Below, piece after piece: positions 53,385 through 64,000 of a stretch of DNA of 64,000 nucleotides; the stretch's first letter is position 1, and every line of letters starts with the position of its first letter. The translations under genes and the position numbers were made by a program. The notes under the pieces are model-generated. The model did no database searches. It saw only the letters and a program-made list of their open reading frames with translations, and was not told where the DNA came from. The stretch is from Octopus vulgaris (Eukaryota): assembly GCA_951406725.2 (NCBI GenBank), contig OX597814.1:218240001-218304000 (forward strand), in the 5' to 3' direction.

Positions 53385-54032
53385 CCAGCTGAGGTACCGT
53401 TAATTATTAATAAGATATCTGTTTATAGCAATAAAACATATTTCGTCAAATTTTGATATTTTTCAAAAATTTAAAATCTATATTAATGGGTTGAACCAAT
53501 TTGACGAAAAATTGAGCAGAGTCTGGTAGCGAACCTGTGTCATTGTCATTTTTGTGCATGTGCGTAAAATGGCGAAATTTTATGCTTTGGGGCAGATTTC
53601 ATCAAATTGATGTCACGATGGCTGGTGCGCAAATGCCTAAATTTTGCTTGAGAAAGAAAATGCTCTTACCCAATCAAAACCTGAAACGCTGTGGAATTAA
53701 AACAACGAATTGAAATAAAAAGTTTTAGCAAATCAAAACAATTCGCATTGAAATGAAGAATTAGCAAATGCTAAATAGATTACCGTTAATAAACTGTATG
53801 TTTATACCCATGAAACATTTTTCGCCAAATTTCGGCATTTTTCATCAAATTGATGTCATGCTAAAAATCGATTTTTAAAAAATTCCAAGTGCGTAAGCGA
53901 CCGCATGGGCATAAGCCCCCCCCACCACCACCACCACCATGTGTTAAGTTTCATCAAGGTCTGTTAGATTGTCTCGGAGGAGTTAAAATAACAAATTAAC
54001 AAATACTCAAACTTGCCATTTATTTTTCTAGA
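53385..54032 (-). mobile_element. Degenerate Helitron-like element
   Basis: Minus-strand start ATCTAGAAAAATAAATGGCAAGTTTG; internal AAGTTTCATCA motif shared with 51780-52188; 3' end unclear. Confidence 0.4.
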
Positions 54033-54219
54033 TTAAAAAAAAAAAGTAGGCCATTTCTGTCCTGTATCATGTATAAGGGAAATGTTTATGGCTTGGTTAT
54101 GGACCGGTTATCGGACAACTGCCCAAGAGAACGTTGATTCATACAGAGTCACAAATGAGCACAACCAAGACACTTCGCTTTCAAGTAACCCAGTCTACCG
54201 TATGGTGGAAGCGACTCAC

Positions 54220-54327
54220 CACTCTGCATTGTAAAAATTGACGATTTTTCCTTTAGCTTACACAAAGACTTCAGTTCCTGCGAATATAGTTTGGAGAAGG
54301 ATAAGCTCTGTTGCCAATTTGACTTGC
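54220..54327 (-). CDS. Predicted internal exon of the EGF-domain gene (108 bp, phase 1-1)
   Basis: atttag| ... |GTGAGT; open in the required phase: (R)KSNWQQSLSFSKLYSQELKSLCKLKEKSSIFTMQS. Confidence 0.55.
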
Positions 54328-54839
54328 CTAAATATATTACATACAGATAAAGTTATCATTGAGCCCTCCCACTTTCACTCTTGTGGAATTCACCCTAGTA
54401 TAGGGTTGAAACAATCACAATAGCTTTCCTTGATTCGCCCTTAAAAGCTTCCACTATTAAATAGCCATGACACCTTTTAAAGTAATGTTTTCTGTAAGTC
54501 TTTGATGTGCGAAAACTAAAAAATACGATTTAGACAGTGAAATGCAATTTAGTACAGTGAAATGTTAATTTCGAAAATTGTGTACAAGGCTACAAATTTA
54601 GTGGTTGAGTATTGTCGATTAAATCGTCTCCAGTAATTGACAGATTCTATACTTTATAGATCTTGAAAAGAGAAAATATATGGCTGACGTCATAGAGGTG
54701 GAACTGAATACAGAAAGTAAAGGACCGTAAATTTCGACGCTCTGCCGTGTAAGCCGCTCAAACGTCAGGTGTCAGTAAAATAATGAACAAGATAATGACA
54801 AAAACACAAAGATGTTTTCACAATGCCACAGATACTTAC

Positions 54840-55016
54840 GTGATACCTTTGCTGGCAGCGCATCATCCGGTTTTAGGTGAGGTATTGGTGTATCGGTACA
54901 AGTTTCCCCGTTCCAGCGGTATCCCCAGGAACAAAGACAATTGAAACTACCAACTGTATTTTGACATTTCATATGAGGAGGGCAGTTATGGATTCCTTCA
55001 GCACATTCGTCTAAGT
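54840..55016 (-). CDS. Calcium-binding EGF-like domain exon (177 bp, phase 1-1)
   Basis: [40 protein letters not shown] matches the cbEGF consensus; acceptor catatag and donor GTAAGT. Confidence 0.92.
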
Positions 55017-55199
55017 CTATATGAATTTTATAAAGAAAATACAAGAAAAAATAGAAGAAATTTGAAAAATTCTGTAAATTTTTTCTCTGTTGTATTAATA
55101 CATTAAATTAATATTGACAAAACCATGTACGAAATTTTAAAAAATATATACAAAATCATTCATTTACATATTGATTTATTTACATAAATATCTTCAATG

Positions 55200-55770
55200 A
55201 CCTGGTTTCTGAACGAAATTCATACACCCCCACCTCACCTTTTCCAAAGAAGTTCGTTTCATCTGCAGGGAAGGTGATGACCTCAGTTTTGTGGGATGCA
55301 AAAGGCATTGTGCTTATTGACTATCTTCAAAAGAGCCACGCCATCAATGGAAAGTACTATGTCAACTTGCACAGGCAGTTATCAAGATCAAAAATCCAGA
55401 GAAACTGACGAAAGGGGTTTTGTTTCATGAGGGCACTGCTCCAGCACGTAAATCCTTGGCTTCAATGAGTGCATGACTGTGGCTTTGAACTGATTGATTA
55501 CCCTCTCTATTCTTCTGGTTTGGCCCCATCCAACTATCATTTGTTCCCCAATATGAAAAAACATTTGACTGGGAAGCAGTATCGCAGTGATGATGATTTC
55601 ACATCTGTTGTTGATGACCCTTTTTTACTAACAGAATGAAAACTTCCTCACCAATGGGATCTAAGCACTGCAATACTGATAGAATAAGTGTGTGAATCTT
55701 AAACTAGACTATGTTAGAAATGGACCTCATTTGGTCACATTCCGGAAGAGTATTTTGGTAAACTGATCAA
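55200..55770 (+). mobile_element. Degenerate mariner transposase fragment
   Basis: SAGKVMTSVLWDAKGIVLIDYLQK and YSSGLAPSNYHLFP motifs. Confidence 0.75.
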
Positions 55771-55792
55771 CGTGTGTGTATGTGTGTTTGAG

Positions 55793-55866
<74 letters not shown>

Positions 55867-56440
55867 AGGCCAACAGAAGAAGTTAGGTAGAATTTCATGT
55901 CAAAACACTTGTAAAATGAGGGAGTGTTAAAAATATAGTCAATAGCAACTGGGTAATCTGAAAACCATCAGATACATTTTATCTAAAAGAATGAAAACTA
56001 CGCATGCATACATACATACATATATAAATTTAAATAATTAGAAAATGGAGAAAACCTTAGATCAACAAATCAATTGGATCACATCTGTAGCTTATTATTA
56101 TTTAATACAAAACACGACGTAACATAACATAATTTATGTGACATAACAATTCTTACGGCCGTTTCCACTTCCGATGCCAATCGGTGACTACGAAAGAATT
56201 GTGAAAATAATGTTCTTCGTCTTCATAGGATATTCGGACTAGAACATGGAGCTTCATTAGAGTGAATGAAAAAAGGGTTAGTGTGCCTGCATGTCCATGT
56301 CCACAGATAACACGGGGAACTGCTACCGATAGTAAATAAAGATATTTTATCCCTTAGTTGGTTACTATAACCTAACTTTGTTTACTTTATATATATATGT
56401 GTGTGTGTGTTTGCGTGTATGTATGTGTGTGTGTGTATAC

Positions 56441-56494
<54 letters not shown>

Positions 56495-56495
56495 G

Positions 56496-56573
<78 letters not shown>

Positions 56574-56788
56574 CCTTATATATAATAAATTAATATATAT
56601 TATATAACTGTGGTTTAATCAACCCGGGACCAATATCTTAGCACACCCTAGTGCCCTTATAAATCACAAGAAAAAACAAGAAACAAACAATGGAACAATT
56701 ACAGTATTATTATTAATAGGCGCTCAGGAAATGGAAAAATGCTGACAAGAATCGACCTCAACACTAATATCCTGAAGATAGCTCCTTC

Positions 56789-57206
<418 letters not shown>

Positions 57207-57685
57207 ATACATATGGTTGTAGGTGTGGCTGTGTGGTAAGAAGTTTGCTTCCTAACCACATGGTTTAATCCGACTGCATGGCACCATGGGTAGGTGTCTC
57301 CCATTATAATCCCGGGCCGACCAAAGCCGTGTGAATGGATTTGGTAGACGGAAACTGAAAAAAAAAAAAATCGTCGCGACCCATGTTGGTGTGTTTACGT
57401 CCCCGTAACTTAGTCGTTTAGCAGAAGAGACCAATAGAAAAGTGCCAGGCTTTAAAAAAAAAATAAGTACAGGTGTCAGACCATTTTACTAAAATTGTGA
57501 TCGAATCATCCATGTGTTAACATGTTTCTCCTTGCGAGAATGTAAACTTTCATTTAACCAAGATACCCTTGGCCTGAAGAGTAGCCTGCGGTATACACAT
57601 CGCTTGGATATTTACCACTTCCGAGGTTCCGCTCGCTATGAAACATATGTAGCCCGGATTTTATCTACTCCATTCCTTAACTCTT

Positions 57686-57760
<75 letters not shown>

Positions 57761-57949
57761 AGTTGCTAAAATTAGAGAACGGAAATAAAAATTAAAGATA
57801 TTTACATTTTTACTTCATTTTTGCGAATGGGATTTTTACTGCATATATTGAAGGCTTTTTTTAGTGTTAAATAAAAGTTCCTTTTTTTTTTTCATACAAA
57901 CAATGAACTTTAATCAATTATATATTTTCCATTTTCTTCGATGACCTTT

Positions 57950-59094
57950 TGCCATCTTTCTAGCAACCTCATGATGCTAGAACTTTTGCCATCTTTCATG
58001 ATTTTAGAACTTCCGGTCCTTATCAGCCAAAAACTGAAACAGGTGCGATTTCAGGTCTTCATCATTATTGAAAGTTTTACCATTCAAAGAATTTTTCAAA
58101 CTTCGAAATAAATGGTAATCTGATGGTGCAAGGTTGGGGCTATATGGTGAATGTGACATCAGTTTCCGACCAAACTCCAATAATTTTTCACAAGTATCCA
58201 AAGACGTGTGTGGTCTAGCGTTATCATGGTGGAACACGATTCCTTTACGATTTTGCCAATTCAAGCCGTTTTCCTTTGATCCTTCCACCAGTTTCTTTAG
58301 TTGTTGACAGTAAACATCTGAATTGATTGTTTGGTTCCTTGGAAGCAGCTCAGAATGCACAACACCTTCGTAATCCCACCAAATTTACAGCATAAGTGTT
58401 TTTGATTCAATTCAGCTTTCGATGTGGCTTGTGCTGGTTCATTACGCTTGGACCATGATCGTTTTCAATTGATGTTATTGTAGACAATCCATTTTGCATC
58501 ATCAGTGATGATTTGTTTCTAAAGAAGGTCGACTTCAATGCGTTTGAGATACATATCATCAATATCGATTCGCTGTGTTAAGTGAATCTTTTTCAATTTA
58601 TGTGGAACACAAATATCATGATTCTTAATGGTTTCAAGACATTTTAAGTAATTTTCAATTGTTGCGTGTGCTACATTTAACCTCTCCGCAATTTCTCGCA
58701 CAGTTATATGGCAATCAGATTCAATTATGGCTTTCATGCATTAACTTCAGTAGGTCGATCAGAACGTTGGTCAAATTTGAGTGAAAAATCTCCAGAACGG
58801 AATTTTTAAAATCATTTCTGACATGTGCGTTCTGTTAAGCAATCAACACCATAAACTTCACATATTATTTTGTGAGCCTCAGCAGCTTTCTTGCTTTTAT
58901 GGTAATAAAAAAGTAAAATATGGCGAAAAGTTTCGTTTTTGCACTCCATGTTAAAATTGACACTGAACTAATCGCTTTAAACAAGGTTGCACGTAACTTG
59001 CTTCTAAAGTGAAAATAACACCGACAAAAGTCATTCAAAAAAATTGTAACTCTATCTATTTCCGAAAACGAAATTACCTTCCTGCAACCCAATA
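57950..59094 (-). mobile_element. Mariner transposon, degenerate
   Basis: FHHDNARPH and HSPYSPNLAPSDYHLF; TIR-like TATTGGGTTGC at the right end. Confidence 0.9.
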
Positions 59095-59176
59095 CTTTAA
59101 AGTATGTTCAGTATTTACAATGAATTTTGTATGAAGTGATTAATAACTAAATAATTTATAACTAAATAATTTATGT

Positions 59177-59512
59177 GAAGGCGCATGGCTCAGTGGTCAA
59201 AGCGTCGAGCTTACGATCGTGAGGTTGTGAGCTCGAATCCCGGACCGGGCTGCGTGTTGTGTTCTTGAACAAGACACTTTATTTCACGTTGCTCCAGTTC
59301 ACTCAGCTGTAGAAATGAGTTGCGACGTCATGGGTGCCAAGCTGTATCGGCCTCTGCCTTTCCCTTGGATAACACTGGTGGCGTGGAGAGGGGAGGCTGG
59401 TACGCATGGGCGACTGCTGATCTTCCATAAAACCACCTTGCCCAGACTTGTGACTAGGAGGGTAACTTTCTAGGTGCAATCCCATGGTCAGTGTCGTGAC
59501 CGAAGGGGGTCC
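59177..59512 (+). mobile_element. tRNA-derived SINE (further family)
   Basis: GGCGCATGGCTCAGTGG...GCTCGAATCCCGG head followed by GTGTTCTTGAACAAGACACTT. Confidence 0.8.
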
Positions 59513-59828
59513 CAGAATTTTTATTTGAAAAGTACAGGATGGACAAAAATAGAGAACGCATGAGGTAATATTCAAGAAATCAATAATGTGAATGAAGAGA
59601 GCGGAAGAAAAACAGGAACTCGCCATCTTATTTTGCGGGTCTCCCAGAACGTTCGTTAATAGCGACATTTTTTCGGCCATCTTGGAAACGTCTGAATCAC
59701 TCATACACTTGTGTGTCGTTCATACACTCCTCTCCATACACTTTCTGTAACTTTCCGTAGGCCTCTGAGCAGGTATTGCCATGACAACTTTCTCTGTCGT
59801 GATCACTGCAACGATCACATTTCTGAGC

Positions 59829-60399
59829 ACAGAGCCATGTTCACGCTTATAAATATCCGTATGTGTGTGTGTGTGTGTGTCAAAGAAGAAAAAGAAGAGA
59901 ATGATTAGCGAACATTGTTATGGATGAAAAAGAGAAAATATTTACACGTTTGTCAAAATATGCAATCGGTTTTATTCGTGTTTAAAGGGATTTAATCTTG
60001 CCATGGGAAACAGGAAAGCAAGTAAAAAATCTTTCGTGGAACTTCTCATGCCTTTCATACAAAATTCACATTATGTTGGGTTGGAAGTTGGATTTACACG
60101 CACACACAAACACACACACACACACGCGCGCGTTTATATTTATAAGCTTATATGTATGCATGCATACACGCATGTATGTATGTATATATATATGTATGTA
60201 TATATGTATGTTTGTGTCTGAGTATATGTGTGTATGCATGCTGGCCTGCTCATCTAGCCACTGAGGCGACGTCATTCAAAAAGCTACGGTAATGCCAGGA
60301 AACGCATTGACCAGCTTTATGTCTAACAATTGATAACCTGGTCGATACAATGATACATGGAGTATGTATCTATTATATATATGTATATATATATACATT

Positions 60400-60465
<66 letters not shown>

Positions 60466-60624
60466 GGTAAAACGGTAAGATAACAAAAGAAAGAGACCTC
60501 AATATTATGTAAATAGAGGAAATTTATCTATAAAATAATATGTTACATTACTCGATAGTCAAGATAAAACTCTGAGTTTCAGATGCCGAAGTGGGAATCC
60601 ACAACGCCATCTCTTCGGTTATCC

Positions 60625-60672
<48 letters not shown>

Positions 60673-60952
60673 TGTGTGCGTGTAAAACCAACTTCCAACC
60701 CAACATAATGTGAATTTTGTATGAAAGGCATGAGAAGTTCCACGAAAGATTTTTTACTTGCTTTCCTGTTTCCCATGGCAAGATTAAATCCCTTTAAACA
60801 CGAATAAAACCGATTGCATATTTTGACAAACGTGTAAATATTTTCTCTTTTTCATCCATAACAATGTTCGCTAATCATTCTCTTCTTTTTCTTCTTTGAC
60901 ACACACACACACACACACACATGGATATTTATAAGCGTGAACATGGCTCTGT
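59829..60952. repeat. ~300-bp inverted duplication (59829-60124 / 60626-60952)
   Basis: ORFs 59998(+) and 60781(-) share MPWETGKQVKNLSWNFSCLSYKIHIMLGWKL. Confidence 0.92.
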
Positions 60953-61009
60953 ACTTAAGAAGTCTATTATAAGCGTACTGAAGTCACCACACCGAAGCTG
61001 ACGCAGACA

Positions 61010-62470
61010 CAATGTCTACCATACTCAGAAGGAGGCCGTAGCCTGATACAGACAGAGAACTACAATAAAATAGCAACAGATGGACTAGGAAAGTACTTAG
61101 AAACAAAAAGTGAAAGACTACTGCATATAATAAAGCGGCGATCTTTCGTCTCTAGTAGACCTTTCCGTCGATTTCCGTAAAAAAATTTTTTTTTTTACAT
61201 ATGGGCTTGCGGGAACTTTTGAAGTAATATACATACATATACACATACACCGAGTAAAAAATTTCAGTTATCTCTCTCTTTCACACATTACTCTGTCTCT
61301 TCACACACACACTAACAGAAGCACTTCACTTACACAACATACTGTCTGTCTCCCACACCCCATCAAACACACACACACACACACACATGTACATCAATGC
61401 TTCCCATGCACGGTAACTTCAAAAGAATTTCCCTCGTCATACAATCGCTTTCTCTTAGTCTCTTTCGCTCTCATTACTTCAAAAGTTCCCGCAAGCCCAT
61501 ATGTAAATCGACGGAAAGGTCTACTAGAGACGAAAGATTGCCAATAAAGCAATATGAGAAAACGAAATCGCTTTTCTCTATACACAAGGGAGCGATAAAA
61601 TACAAAACAGAAACAAACTACACTGATAAAATGACTTCAAATGACAACATAGCAGAAATGGTCAGAGAAAAAGAATTTATAATAACAGAAAACAGAATTA
61701 TAAAAGATACTGAATGGTGAAAAAAGTCACTCCACGGCCAATACCCTGCAAGGCTTGGCAGAGAGGAAATGGTCCTAAGTAAAGGCCAACACTGGCTCAA
61801 AAGCTCTGGACTAAAAGCTGAATGGAAGAACTGCAGAGACCAATGCCAGACCACACTCAGCTATAAAAAGAAAATTATAAAAACAGACCTTAACACCAAA
61901 TGCTGAATGGTCAAGACGCACAGTGAGACAGTTGACCACATCATCTCTGGCTGCCCAGTTTTTGCCAAATCTGAATATATATATATATTTACAGACACGA
62001 CCAAGTAAGCAGTTATATGGACAATATGCCTACATTACAACATTAAAACTGACAACAGGTAGTATAAGGACGTGCCAAACAAGGGACAAGACAACGACCA
62101 GGTCGCAATCATCTGGGATATGCCGGTTGAAACCGACAAAGAAATAAATGATAATACCCAGACATAATAATTAAGGATTGGGGGAAAAAAACACCTACTT
62201 ACTTATAGACATTGCAGTCCTTCTGATCAAAATATTGTTCAAAAAGAAGTGGAGAAATTGTCTAAGTACAAAGATCTTGAAATTGAAGTATTCAAGATTT
62301 GGAGCATGAAGGTGAGAACAATATCAATAATAATTGGAGCATTGGGCATGATAAAAGAAAACACGAACAGAAACGTATAAGCTATATATAGATCTTCAAC
62401 CCTACAAACTATTAAAAAAAATAACCCTGTTAGAAACAGCCCATATCCTACGCATGACACTATCAATTCA
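61010..62470 (+). mobile_element. Degenerate R4/Dong-type LINE 3' part, interrupted by a MITE
   Basis: KKSLHGQY, WLKSSGLKAE, ETVDHIISGCP, WDMPVETDK, PDIIIKD and EKLSKYKDLEIE motifs. Confidence 0.8.
61137..61542. mobile_element. MITE (same family as 43922-44349)
   Basis: GG..CC TIRs; TSD AATAAAGC. Confidence 0.92.
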
Positions 62471-62784
62471 ATTATACAATCTAAACAAAACTCGCATACA
62501 CAAGACACACTTCATTAGCAATTATCTTGTGAAGCAAACTTCCACCAGCAAGCCAGATAGCAAACGCACTACACACTCACCACACACAATACAACCTGTA
62601 ATACAACAAAAGACTGTAGCGCACCTCAAGAAAAATAAAAAAAAACAGTAACACAATACAATACTGGGATGACTGTACGCACTTGCAGCGACAACAAAAG
62701 AATACACTATCCAGGACACACCCTAGCACCACGAAGGTGTGGCTGGTGATGCAGTATAAATTTGCCTCAAACTACCAAATGTTG

Positions 62785-62826
<42 letters not shown>

Positions 62827-63349
62827 AATAGTGGAAGTGTTATCATGTACATTGTTTTGTCTTGGTATAAAAGATCGGCTGGGGCCAATATTCTGCTCAA
62901 TACCACAGATTTGCTTGTCAGTTGTTTGACCGTAACCAGTTGAGCATGTCCCTCAGTGGCTGACGATGTGCGCATCACTGATCACGAGCAGAAGTAGTGG
63001 GGGAGCATCATAGCCATGTGTCGAGAGGGATTCTTTGGGGTTTCGATAATTCACATTTGGAAACACGGGTGGTTCGTTCAACATCCTTAAACAACCCTTA
63101 TTCAGGGACCTTTTGAGTGGGATGGGCTATTTGACCCGAAGAAAATTCTAAGTGGGCCCCACCCACAAGGTAATGTGCTGTTTATCTTGATATGAGATCA
63201 CCATGCCGCGCACATACGGTTGTGATGCATGTGCCTAACGTACCCTTATCAGACGGGTAGTCATGATGGGTATACTGGGCTTCGTATATTTTACCCCAGT
63301 GTCACTTTGATGGTATGCACTGCTCTCTCACTCAATAATAATAACAGTA

Positions 63350-63873
63350 ATATACTGCAAGTATGGATATGAGGTGCTTGGTACCAACATACACCGGAAA
63401 AAGGTAATGGACGAAAAGAGGAAGGCAAAAATCCTCTGGGACTTTAACTTCCAGACAGACAAAGTATTAGATCACTGAGGGCCAGATGTAGTAACCTTTA
63501 GTGCCTGATTATTGACGTGGTAGTGTCAGGTGATCAAAATGGGAGAAAAGGTTGATAAATATGGAGACCTGAGAATTGAGATCGCTAAGATGTGGCAGCT
63601 ACGAGTCAAGCATAAAGGTTATCCCTATTGTCATCGGAGCATTGGGTTCAATACCACTCAGTCTGAAAAAATATCTGGAAACTTTAGAAATACCCTACAA
63701 TCTAAGTGTATTGAAAAAATTGGCATTACTTGGAACTGCACGCATATTGCGTAAAGTACTGTTTGTTTGGGGTCCTTGTTGTGACTTGACAAATAGTACA
63801 AACCCCCAGGAGACACAATATCTTCAATCAACAACCTCCCGATATTGTATACTGTGCGACTGTACGACGTCTA
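63350..63873 (+). mobile_element. R4/Dong-type LINE 3' end abutting (TAA)n
   Basis: KILWDFNFQTDK...RPDV and EKVDKYGDLRIEI; followed by (TAA)n at 63874-63978. Confidence 0.8.
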
Positions 63874-63931
63874 TAATAATAATAATAATAATAATAGTAA
63901 TAATAATAATAGTAATAATAATAATAATAAT

Positions 63932-63981
<50 letters not shown>

Positions 63982-64000
63982 TGATGATGATGATGGTGAT

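Noticed and set aside
56145-56240. Complete minus-strand hammerhead
   Set aside because: GAAA-CGGCCG-TA and a possible helix I are present, but the core is not CUGANGA; counted only as a partial remnant.

Overview
Eukaryotic, AT-rich DNA dominated by repeats. It is most likely from an octopus (coleoid cephalopod); this is inferred from the tRNA-headed SINE families and the microsatellite density. Two host genes are visible, both on the minus strand. (1) At 1-677, missed by the ORF track because it runs off the window, is the start of a signal-peptide + LRRNT + LRR protein resembling protostome Toll/Tollo receptors. (2) Three spliced 3' exons (55016-54840, 54327-54220, 48327-48203) encode a calcium-binding EGF domain, a linker and a hydrophobic C-terminal tail. 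Almost everything else is transposon-derived: a near-intact Penelope-like retroelement (Naiad-like, RT + GIY-YIG) at about 12978-19292 with hammerhead ribozymes in its pseudo-LTRs, many hammerhead/hairpin remnants in (TA)n tracts, CR1, RTE and R4/Dong-type LINEs, Tc1/mariner relics, Helitrons, GG..CC MITEs with 8-bp target duplications (Merlin-like, some carrying telomeric repeats) and several SINE families. The most notable observations: the sense copy of the Penelope-like element begins within 1 nt of its predicted hammerhead cleavage site; a SINE pentamer is bounded by a single target-site duplication; and an RTE LINE has a twin-priming-type 5' inversion. All calls were read by eye; no database searches were run.
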